From positions 3,584,001 through 3,648,000 of the forward strand of contig OZ244048.1 of NCBI GenBank assembly GCA_965215265.1: DNA of 64,000 nt. The letters run 5' to 3'. Source of the DNA: Candidatus Poribacteria bacterium. GTDB lineage: Bacteria > Poribacteria > WGA-4E > WGA-3G. The position numbers and the translations under genes were made by a program. Below the pieces are notes generated by a model. The model worked only from the letters and a program-made list of their open reading frames with translations. It searched no databases and was not told the origin of the DNA. This document shows positions 27,990 through 38,233 of the stretch, in pieces. The number at the start of each line of letters is the position of its first letter. The stretch's first letter is position 1.

Positions 27990-28016
27990 CGTATATGAGA
28001 TTCCGGATTGGTTCGT

Positions 28017-30851
28017 CTATTCAGTTGGAAGACTCAATTGTTCGTCCTGTTCCATTCCTCCCTCAATTGAGTCCCACGATGTCACGAGACTATTGAAAAG
28101 CACGGCATTATCAGAATCACCTATCCTGTCGTAATGGCTATAGAGAAGGCGCGCGAGTTGCTCTACTGACATAACAGAATCAGATATCGCGTTGTTCTTC
28201 ATGGCAAGCCCAACCTCCACAGCACCCGGCACATCTCTGCCCGCCTCATTCTTAGGGTTGAGATGGTACGCCATCAAGTGACACGCTTCCCATGTAGTCA
28301 TTTGTAACAGGGACAGCCCCGAGTTCGGATGGTTATCATCGTAAGCATCCGGGGATAGTAATCGGACCTTGCCTCTTTCTGCAATTAGCACACGCCCTTG
28401 CATTGAGGCTATTCCTATGTCGTTTGCCTTGGCCAATGTCTCCGCATCGCCATACTCACCCTCTGCGAAGCCGTGTTGCTTAAACCAGGTGAGACAAAAG
28501 CGGGTATACAGATCAAATGCCCCCTCCTGTTCTGCGTGGTATCTGTCAATTTCGTTGTTTATTTCAACCAACGCCTCACGTACCGAGACATCTACAAGAT
28601 TTCCATCTCGTGTTGTTTTGACACTTTTGTATCTGGAATAAATCTCCATGCCGGGTCCGATGGCGGCTTGTGCGAGGTCTACGGGGGCGATATGTGCCTC
28701 GTGCGTGAGTCTGTCAAGTGCAGCAGGCATCTCGTTCCTGAGTGCAGTCAGGAATCCACCGAGGCTGATGTTCTGTGCTAAGTCGGGGCGCGGGCGGCAG
28801 ACGAGAACGATAGATGAGGCTAATGCGTTTTTATGTGTCTTGAGTGCTCTTGATTGTTCCGTGCGCATCGGCCATGTAGCGACTATCTGAAAACCTACAT
28901 TGACGATTGCAGTGAGTATTGTTTCCCACCCCGTAGAGGTTCTGCCATCCTGTTCCTCCTCCAATTGTTTGTATGCGTAGAAGATGGATGCAGGAAACTC
29001 TTGAGGACAGTGTTGCCGCAGCCGGCGAAGTACTTTTTCCATCAATTTTTCAAAACGAATATGAGAGTTTTCAAAGCGAGATTTATTCACAACCATTTCT
29101 TCATCTTTGGGAGTACTCATACTCCAGAACAGTTCCGGATAGATATCCCGAAGCAGAGGTCTTAGCCAAATGTAGAAAAAATCTGATAAGTCAGCATAGC
29201 CTATATTATCGTAGTAGGGCGGGTCTGTAACGATAACAAATCCATCACAAGCATGCCTTGTGGTAGTTGCATCTGCTTGGTACACCGTGGAAGCATTCGC
29301 TGAAACCGGTAGATTCGCAACGGCCTTTGCAACTAACTCAATCTGGGACATCCAATTTTGTCTGGAATCCGAGAACGGATTTGCTTCAGGGAAATTCCAC
29401 ATCATCGGAATAAATTGGCGAGCGAAGAGTCCTACAACTCGATCACTAGAGTTGTACCAGAACGTGAAACTAGAATGTCCGTCAGCAGTCCGATCAATAG
29501 CAAAAGCAAGGTAAGTACAAACAGCATCAGCATATTTGGATTCTGCTCCGGCCTGTAAGACACGGTGACGAACTTCCGTAAGGAGATCTCCAAAAGTTGT
29601 GAGAGCGGTTAACTGTCTTTCCGTAAAAAGTTGATGCCAATCGGTGATTCCATAACCGAGGACGGCCAAATTCGCTGCTTGTCTAGACAATTTACCTCTA
29701 GGTCTTCGCGTGGGTTCGGCCGACAAGGCCATTTGGATGTGTTCTTCGGTCGGAGATAGGAATAATTTTTTGAGGCTACTCTCAGCAACTATCGCTGTCA
29801 GTATTTCTTCCATCTTGCCGATCTCCGCTTGCTGGCGAATACGTTCTAACTTGACAGGCTGTCTGCAGGCGACACAGACTGCACCATTACGGTTCACAGT
29901 ACCGTTTTCAGGAATGCCTGTATTGTGATTTTGTACCATGAAAGAGAGCGCCTTTGTCTCTTGATTCACAATTGGGCGGGTCCAGTGCTCGTTCCCTATT
30001 CTCGTGGATAATTGAAACGTTTTTATTAGCGGCATAGGGATGCGGCAAGCAGGATTGGCGCATGGCACTGTACGCGCCCAGAGCCACGCAATAACGGTGG
30101 CTTCCGTGCCGTCTGGCAACTTTGCCTTCGGGTAGAGGTGGCCGATGCGTTTGTATGCTTCCTCGCGCATCCAGCGGCCGTAGTAGCGGATGTCGGCTGC
30201 TAACCCCGCGGTGCCGCGCCACGGCACTTGTGCTCTGTTTTTGCCGCTTCCGACGAATATCCCCATCGGATCTGCGTCCGGATTAACGGGCGGTTTATCG
30301 CGGAAGGGGTGTGGCAAGTCTACCATCGCCTTGTTGATAAGCACGGCGACAGGGTTGAGATCGGAAGCAACAGCGCGGAGTCCAAGCCGTTGTGCCTCAA
30401 GCGGGATAGAACCGCCTCCACAGAAGGGATCGTAGACGGGTGGTACCTTTTCGCTTAGGTAGTGCAAGATTTCATCCGCATTCGTAGGAGCGATTTCACG
30501 GTGGGAACGCGCCACCGAACGTGCGATCTCGTGGCGTGCCTCAGCGAGGAGAACTTCGTTGTTGCTATTTTTCCATGCTACGAGTTGCTTAATAAGCTTA
30601 TGGAGCCTTTCCCGTTCCGCTTCCTGTTCTGATTCAGTTGGAAATTCCTCTGGGCATGCCGAGGGATCGTCTACCATGCTGGCGAAGATGACAGCGCGGC
30701 AGGTTGCAAGGGGCCGACGTGCCCAATACCTATGGAGAGTAGAAGGGTGTCCCTGGGTAATAGAAGCATCACGCGCAGATTCACGGTTGATGGCATCTAG
30801 TGGCAAATCGACTTCAATGAGTTTTTTTCGGTATGGAGTTGGGCTATTCAT
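28017..30851 (-). CDS. DUF1156-containing adenine-specific DNA methyltransferase
   Basis: TLHRYWARRPLA, DPFCGGGSIPLEA (motif I), TDPPYYD (motif IV), CxxxxC...CxxC zinc ribbon. Confidence 0.88.
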   Translation of the reverse strand: MNSPTPYRKKLIEVDLPLDAINRESARDASITQGHPSTLHRYWARRPLATCRAVIFASMVDDPSACPEEFPTESEQEAERERLHKLIKQLVAWKNSNNEVLLAEARHEIARSVARSHREIAPTNADEILHYLSEKVPPVYDPFCGGGSIPLEAQRLGLRAVASDLNPVAVLINKAMVDLPHPFRDKPPVNPDADPMGIFVGSGKNRAQVPWRGTAGLAADIRYYGRWMREEAYKRIGHLYPKAKLPDGTEATVIAWLWARTVPCANPACRIPMPLIKTFQLSTRIGNEHWTRPIVNQETKALSFMVQNHNTGIPENGTVNRNGAVCVACRQPVKLERIRQQAEIGKMEEILTAIVAESSLKKLFLSPTEEHIQMALSAEPTRRPRGKLSRQAANLAVLGYGITDWHQLFTERQLTALTTFGDLLTEVRHRVLQAGAESKYADAVCTYLAFAIDRTADGHSSFTFWYNSSDRVVGLFARQFIPMMWNFPEANPFSDSRQNWMSQIELVAKAVANLPVSANASTVYQADATTTRHACDGFVIVTDPPYYDNIGYADLSDFFYIWLRPLLRDIYPELFWSMSTPKDEEMVVNKSRFENSHIRFEKLMEKVLRRLRQHCPQEFPASIFYAYKQLEEEQDGRTSTGWETILTAIVNVGFQIVATWPMRTEQSRALKTHKNALASSIVLVCRPRPDLAQNISLGGFLTALRNEMPAALDRLTHEAHIAPVDLAQAAIGPGMEIYSRYKSVKTTRDGNLVDVSVREALVEINNEIDRYHAEQEGAFDLYTRFCLTWFKQHGFAEGEYGDAETLAKANDIGIASMQGRVLIAERGKVRLLSPDAYDDNHPNSGLSLLQMTTWEACHLMAYHLNPKNEAGRDVPGAVEVGLAMKNNAISDSVMSVEQLARLLYSHYDRIGDSDNAVLFNSLVTSWDSIEGGMEQDEQLSLPTE

Positions 30852-30866
30852 TCAGGTGAGTCACCT

Positions 30867-33800
30867 CTATTCACTGCTAGTTTTCACTTCAACGTCGAGC
30901 TCAACGCTGTTCTCTTTTACAGAACGTTCAATGTTTTGAGAGAAGCCATCCGCCTTATAGGCGGTAATGGTAATTTCCACGGTGACTTCGCCGCCGTCGG
31001 TGTTGAGGGGTTCAATAATTTCTTGTCGGAGGTCGTTCATGTCGTCAAGGGAAAGCTCACCTTGGACAGTTTTCCGTGCGATAATCCGTCTGGAGCCAAC
31101 TCTCGACTTATCTTTTTCAAGGGCTGCTACTTTGGGATCCACAAGCAATCCTTCAGGTATTACGGTCTCTGGTGCTAGCGAATCCAGGGAGAGGGGTGGC
31201 TTGTGCTTTGCAATTTCAGGTTTAACGAGTAGGCCGTTCATCTCTACAGAAGGCACAGCTTGAGCGAAGCACATACCTCGGTAGGCTCGTTGTTCGCCAT
31301 CATAATCCTCCGCGTATCCGAACGTTCCGTTCTTCACCCCTTCCTTGATGCAAGTGATGAGGACAGACCTGTTTAGGAGTCTTGGCATATAGACGTAGCA
31401 CGTCATCATGTTCCACAAATCGCTAATGCTGATGTGGTTTTGGTTATCCCAGACGTATTCTTTCAAGCGTGCATCGAGTGCTTCCGGAGTTTCGTATTCA
31501 ATGAGTGCTTCTCTCGCCTTGAACGTCTTAAACGCGCTCTCAACGATGTCCCCGTTCTCCAAAATACGGGTTTGCTCAGGGGACAGAGAGAATTTGTTGC
31601 ACTGCGGGTCCTGTTGTGCTGGTGCAATTGCCCATCTGTATGTCTTGGGTATCGTCCGTCGGATTGCCTCGTCTGCCTTTCGGACTTCGGCTTGTGCCTG
31701 TTTCAATCGTTCGCCGGTGAGATTTTGGATGCGGCGTTCTCCGTGGATGATAGATTTCCATGAAAGAGAGTTGCGTACAATATTTTTCAGAGCTCGGATA
31801 CCGTCAGTTTTTGCGGTCAAAAAGAGTAACACATTTCTATGGGTGCGTTCGACATCTGCACGATGTGTGAGAATTTGTAAAGCGGTTGGTGTTGCCTCAT
31901 CGGTTTCAGAGGCTCGACTCGGTAGCGATTTATCCGGCGGCAGGATAATCAACCGGAGTTCATCTGTCTCCTGAATTGAATATAGCTCTTTGGAACAGAT
32001 AATAACGTCTCTTCGCTTGCCCACAGCGTCTTGAATTTCAAGGATGATCTGCTCGGTAAGTTCACTGTTGCTGAATTCATTGGCACGATCGATGGCAACC
32101 TTATTGAGATTCTCCTCGGTGTGGAAATAATAACGTTTGTCGTCATTGTATAAATAGTGGAGATTGCCGCTCATCTTGCTGAGTGCCTCGGTGTAAGTGG
32201 CAATTCCGTGTCGAGGTTGTGCGACACCAAGATGAATATGACGGGCATCGATGCCTTTGATGGCTCCACTGGGACAACTGCCGAGGAACACCGTCCGGGC
32301 GATGCGGCGTGCAGCTCCGCCGAGCTCGCCAAATCTACGTTCTCCCTGATCTATTAAGTCGACGCGAGAACCGTCCTTGTCGACCTCTGCAAGCACAGGT
32401 TCCCATCGCCCTGGAAGCCACTTTTCAAATTCGCTGGAGAGGTTCTCATCATCAAGGGGTAACGTGGCAGGCATGATGAGTGGGGCTGCATCACTGCGTT
32501 GGTAGAGCCGGTTAATGGTGATTGCCATGAGTCGTAGGACACCACGCGTGCGCTGAAATCCATGAATGGTAGACCAATCGGAATGCAACCGGTCAAATAT
32601 CTCTGGGTGAATCGGGTAGCATGCTTTCATCCGTTCCAGATAACGTTGCTCATGAACCCCTTTCGGAAACTGCTTTCTGTTGTTATTGTAAAGATTTATA
32701 AAGGCTTCACAGGTGTGGTCTCGTGCTGCTTCGTCGATTTTATTTCCGAAGAGTCGACGCCGCACGACTTCGAAAGCTTCGTTAATTTCCAGGGGTTTCC
32801 ATATAGATTCGATGCGCCCCACACGTGCTTCAAGTATTGAAAGAATCTCTTCGCCCTCTACCCCGCCGGCCTCTCCCTGACTCTCGGGAAGTGTGACGAC
32901 AAGTATAACGTTCTTGGCTCTACGGACGGATTCGGTGAGGGCTTGTATAAAGGTATAGTTAACCCCACGTACCTTCTCCGCAACGTTGTGCATATAGGCG
33001 ACGAGTTCGTCCATGAGGATGACACAGGACCCGACGGACGCAAAGAGCCGGTCAAGCTGAGCACCGAGAGGAGCGGAACTTTGTTGTATTGCCGCCTCGC
33101 GTATCAGGTTGTACGCCTCCTGTCCACCGAGTTGATAGGCCATCACCCCCCATAACGTATTCAACGGATCTCCGTTTTCCTTCGTTAATTCAGTATCGGT
33201 GGGTGATAGGTAGGTGCCGACAAGCACGGCGACTTTCGGTTGTGCACCGGATTCTGTGTCCCACCCGGCTTCGTGCAGAATGCCGTGAATCTCCGTGTGC
33301 GTCTGTGTAGATTCACCATCAGCCGGTCTATTAGTGAACGCATCAATGCTGTTGACAAGGTGATAGAGTGCGATGAGACTGTGCGTTTTACCACCTCCGA
33401 ACCCTGTCTTGGTTTGAATGACTGGGTCACCGCCTTTACCACTGAGTTTCTTGACGGCATTAACCAACAATGCCCGGATGCCGCCCGTTACGTAAGTCTG
33501 ATTGAAAAAGCTAACCGGATTGCCGTAGCTAGTCGCGCTAGCTCGGCCATCATAGACCTGCTGAAGGTCGGCTGCCAACTCCGCCTCTTCAAAAGTCCCC
33601 TGGGTGAGCTCAAAGTTTGGTGGGATGACCTCGCGCCACGGTTTAAGGGAGGTTTTAGTCAGCTGGGATTTCTCATCAGGTTCTCTCTTCAGAATTATGG
33701 CCGTTGGTTGCGTCTTTCTATCAACTGGCATCGGAGGCTTGTTCTTATCGTTGAAAAGTGCGTCGCGGAGTTCCTCAACAGCCGCTTTTTCGTCAGGACT

Positions 33801-34220
33801 GTTGATTTTGTTTAACACCTCAACAATGTGAAACAGACAGGTTCTGGTGTATTCATTCTCCAAATCCGCTGTGCCTGGGTGCGCGACATGATTTCGGGCT
33901 TTCGTGATAATGCGGAGCATGTCTAGCACGGTCATATCTTCGGTAAACCGCCGTCCGAAAACCTCCTGTTTCCAGTTTTTACTGATGAGATAAGGGAAAT
34001 ATCCGATGTCGATTGCGGCTTCAACGTCGCCGCCGTTCCTTTCCAATTGGTTCTGAAATTCGTACGCCTGCTTACTCGGCAAGACATCATAAATCGCTTC
34101 GTCGAGGGTCTTGCCTCTGACTCGTTTTAAGGAACGAACAACGAAGGGACGCATTGCATCGCGGTAGATGTCAAGTGCTTTGTTGAGGGTGTCACGGTTA
34201 GGGCGTTCTATTGTGCTCAT
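30867..34220 (-). CDS. DUF499 AAA+ ATPase with an N-terminal Swt1-like HEPN domain
   Basis: RNHVAH (RxxxxH); LKPWREVI; TGFGGGKTH Walker A; ILMDEL Walker B; YPIHPE; FQRTRGVLRL. Confidence 0.85.
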   Translation of the reverse strand: MSTIERPNRDTLNKALDIYRDAMRPFVVRSLKRVRGKTLDEAIYDVLPSKQAYEFQNQLERNGGDVEAAIDIGYFPYLISKNWKQEVFGRRFTEDMTVLDMLRIITKARNHVAHPGTADLENEYTRTCLFHIVEVLNKINSPDEKAAVEELRDALFNDKNKPPMPVDRKTQPTAIILKREPDEKSQLTKTSLKPWREVIPPNFELTQGTFEEAELAADLQQVYDGRASATSYGNPVSFFNQTYVTGGIRALLVNAVKKLSGKGGDPVIQTKTGFGGGKTHSLIALYHLVNSIDAFTNRPADGESTQTHTEIHGILHEAGWDTESGAQPKVAVLVGTYLSPTDTELTKENGDPLNTLWGVMAYQLGGQEAYNLIREAAIQQSSAPLGAQLDRLFASVGSCVILMDELVAYMHNVAEKVRGVNYTFIQALTESVRRAKNVILVVTLPESQGEAGGVEGEEILSILEARVGRIESIWKPLEINEAFEVVRRRLFGNKIDEAARDHTCEAFINLYNNNRKQFPKGVHEQRYLERMKACYPIHPEIFDRLHSDWSTIHGFQRTRGVLRLMAITINRLYQRSDAAPLIMPATLPLDDENLSSEFEKWLPGRWEPVLAEVDKDGSRVDLIDQGERRFGELGGAARRIARTVFLGSCPSGAIKGIDARHIHLGVAQPRHGIATYTEALSKMSGNLHYLYNDDKRYYFHTEENLNKVAIDRANEFSNSELTEQIILEIQDAVGKRRDVIICSKELYSIQETDELRLIILPPDKSLPSRASETDEATPTALQILTHRADVERTHRNVLLFLTAKTDGIRALKNIVRNSLSWKSIIHGERRIQNLTGERLKQAQAEVRKADEAIRRTIPKTYRWAIAPAQQDPQCNKFSLSPEQTRILENGDIVESAFKTFKAREALIEYETPEALDARLKEYVWDNQNHISISDLWNMMTCYVYMPRLLNRSVLITCIKEGVKNGTFGYAEDYDGEQRAYRGMCFAQAVPSVEMNGLLVKPEIAKHKPPLSLDSLAPETVIPEGLLVDPKVAALEKDKSRVGSRRIIARKTVQGELSLDDMNDLRQEIIEPLNTDGGEVTVEITITAYKADGFSQNIERSVKENSVELDVEVKTSSE

Positions 34221-34796
34221 AGAGGTTCACTCCTTGGGTACTTGTACTTTTTTTTGACGATTAAAGCGGGGAAAAACTACCACCAAACAGAGATAGCCCC
34301 ATGGAGGTGTCTCACAGCGGAGGTCCAAGGAGCTACGATAGCGTTTGTCTATTTTGCATGGCGCAAAGAGATAAGCCGACGCAAGACAGGAAAAGCGAAA
34401 AGGTTGCGGATATAAAAATATACTGGATGTTAATTCTAAATTAACAAGGGGGGGGTATAATGAGTTTAATCTGCTGATTGCCCTTACGTGGCAAGGAAGA
34501 GACTAAGTCGTCGGTGCTGATAGGCCATAGAGACGCGAAACGTGGATATGCGTCGTGCGTGCTGAGGTCGTCGTGAAGTTTGGCAGCTGCGCTGCACGTC
34601 TCTTTTATTGAAAAGTCGATGTTAAGGTTTAGGTTGTTCACTTGTAAGTAACCTGCAAGTCGCGTTCTGCAATTATTAGCGTCTTAAGTGTGTACTTTAT
34701 GGAATTAGTTCAGTTCGTGTTGCTTCTTTCAACTCAACAGAATCTGTTTTCGGAGAGTTCTACAACATTCAATATAAATAGTATCACAATTTCCAT

Positions 34797-34825
34797 TTGC
34801 ATTTCAAGACAAATTCTGTTATATT
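34797..34825 (+). promoter_or_regulatory. Sigma70 promoter (extended -10), probably giving a leaderless mRNA
   Basis: TTGCAT-N17-TATATT with TG; the ATG at 34832 lies 7 nt after the -10 box and has no Shine-Dalgarno. Confidence 0.5.
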
Positions 34826-34831
34826 TATGAT

Positions 34832-35593
34832 ATGCTCATATTTTATTTAGCATTGGCGGTATTGGCGGTTCCCCTTGGCGCGGGAATTGCGTTCACTTCG
34901 CGGGCACAGCAGAAACATTTTAGCATTATTTTCGGGTTTACTGCTGGGGCAGTGCTTGGGATTGTTTTAATGCTGATGCTGCATCTTTACACAGAGTACG
35001 GCTATGCAACAATTTTAATAATGTGGGGTGGCTTCCTGTTAATTTCGGTTTTGGAGTACATGACACCATGGTTAGGCATTGAAAAGCGAGGTGCTTCCGG
35101 TGGCGCTGCGCGTTTCGACAAACGACATTTCTGGGGTGTCAATATAGCACTGATAGGTTTATCTATTCACTCGCTAACTGATGGTTTCAACCTGGTTATC
35201 GCAGCCAAGGAAGGGACGTGGGGCGGTCCCTTGGCCTTGGCCATATTGGTCCATCGATTGCCGATCGCTATTCTGATTTCTGTTGCGCTTTTGCGAGATT
35301 CCGCTTCGGTGAGTCGGGGTGCGCAGCTCATCCCACTTATGTTTGGGCCGTTGCTGGGAGCGTTATTAGGCGAACAGTTGCTCCGTGGCCCGTTCAAGGA
35401 ATTAACAGAGTATCTCACGGCTTTCGCGGCTGGTACCTTGCTGCACATTGTAGTGGACGGTTTTCGAGGGAGTTACCTGCCCCAAAGTGGAGGCTTGAGC
35501 AAAGTCGCTAAAGTCATGTTTATCATCGGATTTATCCTGACGTTTTGTGTTATCCGTTTTTTTCCGGGGTTTGAACCTATACACTATCACTAA
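34832..35593 (+). CDS. ZIP family metal transporter-like membrane protein
   Basis: Multiple TM helices; GLSIHSLTDG, ILVHRLP, AAGTLLHI. Confidence 0.7.
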   Translation: MLIFYLALAVLAVPLGAGIAFTSRAQQKHFSIIFGFTAGAVLGIVLMLMLHLYTEYGYATILIMWGGFLLISVLEYMTPWLGIEKRGASGGAARFDKRHFWGVNIALIGLSIHSLTDGFNLVIAAKEGTWGGPLALAILVHRLPIAILISVALLRDSASVSRGAQLIPLMFGPLLGALLGEQLLRGPFKELTEYLTAFAAGTLLHIVVDGFRGSYLPQSGGLSKVAKVMFIIGFILTFCVIRFFPGFEPIHYH

Positions 35594-35629
35594 CATTGCA
35601 ATCAGCCGAGGAGCTGCCAAGGAACGTAG

Positions 35630-38134
35630 ATGCAAAAACACGCTGACCGTAGAACCGTCGTAAAAATTGTTATTGTCGGCTTATGTTTCTTCACTTTAAC
35701 GGTACTGACAGGCAGAACCGAGGTGCCGATAGCAGTCTCCGGTGAACCGAGGGCAGCGTTGCAAATCGCAGCGAATGCATCTGAACAGGAAGAGTTCGCT
35801 GCATCAGAGATCCAGACGTTTATTCGGCAATTCACGGGTGCAGAACTGGAGCTCGTCACAAACCGCGAACAGACAACAACGCCAACGGTCATCCTGTTAG
35901 GTACACCGGATTCACATCCGACGATTGCAAAATTCTTAACGAATCAAACGTTGGCGTTAGCAGAGACGCTCGGGGAGGAAGGGTACCGTATAAAAACAGT
36001 TGAATTTGAGGATGAAATTCTCATTATCGTCACGGCTCACACCCCCCGGGGTGTGATTTATGGGGCATACGGTTTCATTGAGGCGTGCATTACAGCCCTA
36101 ACAGGACTGTCGCCGGTGCATCCGGAGTTGGCTGTCGCGCAAACTCCGGCATTGCTTGTGCCGTTCATAGACGAGTCATCGAGTCCTTTCTATCCAGTGC
36201 GTGCTGTCCTTGAAATAGCCGAACCGGACGTGCTTGTACGGCACCGCGTTAATATGAGCGGCGGCGAGGGGGTTTGGACTGGTACAGGCATTGAAGACGG
36301 CTTCGGCACTGCGTTTAAATATGTAGATGCACTGGCTTTTGAAACGTTGCAAGATGAACCGCGTGCCGAACGGTTAGAACGGATTCAGGAGCTGCAGTAT
36401 CGGTTCGACGCACTGAAGCGGCGGGGCATCGACCCGTATCTTTTCATGTATGTCACTGGAGAACCGACAGAGGCCTTGATTCGACAGCGTCCGGACGTAT
36501 TAGGTCCTGCTGTGCTTTACGGATCCTCTCGGAACGAGGTTTCATATCGTCCGTTCTGCTGGACGAAGCCGGAATTCCATGCACTCGCGCGGCAGTTAAT
36601 TCAGGAGATTGTGAGAACTTACCCGGCACTGGCAGGTTTTCACCTCCGTTCTTGGGGACATGAGACACGTGCATGCGATTGCCCAGATTGCGGAGACAGG
36701 ACCGAACAAGGACAAGCCAAGCTCTGGCAGGTTTACTTTACGATTATCAACGCCGCACGGGAGGTGCGACCGGATTTTAAATTTTACATCTCCGGTTATG
36801 ACAGCAGCTGGCTAAAGGATGCCTCTGGAGACTATGCCCGGCAGCTGCCAAAAGGTACTATTTTTTCTCGAAAGTGGGGGGCAGACGGTGAGCCTATCGT
36901 CCATCCCGGCTTGCCGATTCCGCAGATTAATCTACTTGGCGAGATGGGGCATCGCTTTATTGTGCTTTCCCATGAAGTAGAAGAGGTAATGCCGTTGTGG
37001 ATGTTGGAAAGCGACCTGTTTATGCAAGGGGTTCGCCAGTTCTCCAACAATCCGGAGGTTGTGGGACTCAGCGGTTTTACCGTGCAAGGTGCAACACAAG
37101 GGTTAGGTTACCTAGATAGGCTTGTCAGCGCGCGCTTGAATTGGGATATTGAACTTGATGGGTTTCAATTACTTCACAACGAGTTGGTGGCCCGATACGG
37201 GACAGCAGCAGGCCCGCTAATTCTGAATGCGCTCCGGATTAACGGCTGGAATTTGGCGAGTTATTTTTCAGATTACGCAGGTTCTATTTCCGTAGGAGGT
37301 GCGTATGGAAGTGGTTCTGCCGGATTGGCAACGCGGTTGTGGGCAATTATCGGGCCCCGGGCCGTGGAGGATACACTAGCGATTCCCGAACTTGAAACCG
37401 CAAAAGTCGCAGTGAACCGGTTCACAGAGCTCTTGGCACCCCAACAACAGGCCGCAAATGAGATGCGCCAAGCCCGTGAAGTAGCAGAACCGTTCGATTT
37501 GGAAGCAGGTGAAGATATGCAAGATGCAGTTCATATCATGGAATTGTGGGTTTTGCTTTTCGAGAGTCGCGCGAAACTCGTAGAAGCCATCGTACTCGGC
37601 TATGAGTCAGGTGCCGAGAACGTTCTCCGCGCTAAATTGACAAGTGCGATAGAGTTTTCAAAATCGATACAGCCGCACATTAAAGGGATTGAGGAGTTTG
37701 TCCCGCTATTTGGATACTCGCATCAGACAATTGAAGCCGAGCTGCTGAGTACATTAAACGCAGAAGTCGCTTGGCTTACCAGTTTTGATTATCAAAACCT
37801 CCGAAAGTACGAAGACGATTTTTCACCGGAGGAGACACCCTTCAGAATCTGGGCAGTGCACAATTACCCGAACCCTTTGAAACGCCAAACGACCTTCACT
37901 TATCAATTAACGCTTGATGCAGATGAGGGGAGCATAACAATTTATACGACTTCGGGGCGCAGCGTGCAAATTTTGACAGATATTCCTGTAGACGAAGGCT
38001 ACAACGAATTTTTCTGGGATGCCCGTGATTCAGAGGGAGTACGCCTCGCCAACGGAATCTATTTTTATAGAATTCGAGTTGTTGCAGGTGACGAGAAGGT
38101 AGAGACCATCGGACGGTTAGCCGTGTTAAGATAA
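35630..38134 (+). CDS. Secreted glycoside-hydrolase-like protein with a FlgD/T9SS-like C-terminal domain
   Basis: N-terminal beta-hexosaminidase/GH67-like domain (LGEEGYRI...RGVIYG); CDCPDC; C-terminal NYPNP...WDARD..G..LANGIYFY. Confidence 0.7.
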   Translation: MQKHADRRTVVKIVIVGLCFFTLTVLTGRTEVPIAVSGEPRAALQIAANASEQEEFAASEIQTFIRQFTGAELELVTNREQTTTPTVILLGTPDSHPTIAKFLTNQTLALAETLGEEGYRIKTVEFEDEILIIVTAHTPRGVIYGAYGFIEACITALTGLSPVHPELAVAQTPALLVPFIDESSSPFYPVRAVLEIAEPDVLVRHRVNMSGGEGVWTGTGIEDGFGTAFKYVDALAFETLQDEPRAERLERIQELQYRFDALKRRGIDPYLFMYVTGEPTEALIRQRPDVLGPAVLYGSSRNEVSYRPFCWTKPEFHALARQLIQEIVRTYPALAGFHLRSWGHETRACDCPDCGDRTEQGQAKLWQVYFTIINAAREVRPDFKFYISGYDSSWLKDASGDYARQLPKGTIFSRKWGADGEPIVHPGLPIPQINLLGEMGHRFIVLSHEVEEVMPLWMLESDLFMQGVRQFSNNPEVVGLSGFTVQGATQGLGYLDRLVSARLNWDIELDGFQLLHNELVARYGTAAGPLILNALRINGWNLASYFSDYAGSISVGGAYGSGSAGLATRLWAIIGPRAVEDTLAIPELETAKVAVNRFTELLAPQQQAANEMRQAREVAEPFDLEAGEDMQDAVHIMELWVLLFESRAKLVEAIVLGYESGAENVLRAKLTSAIEFSKSIQPHIKGIEEFVPLFGYSHQTIEAELLSTLNAEVAWLTSFDYQNLRKYEDDFSPEETPFRIWAVHNYPNPLKRQTTFTYQLTLDADEGSITIYTTSGRSVQILTDIPVDEGYNEFFWDARDSEGVRLANGIYFYRIRVVAGDEKVETIGRLAVLR

Positions 38135-38233
38135 TAAGCCAAAAATAGTGGCAGGATAGGTATGGCACCCACCCACTGGGAGGAATGGAAAGACCTGGGC
38201 ATGAGTCGTAAAAAAAATAACGTAGCGTTTTAG

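Noticed and set aside
34448-34800. tmRNA or tRNA (GGGG start) as an island integration site
   Set aside because: No T-arm/CCA end or tag reading frame is recognisable.
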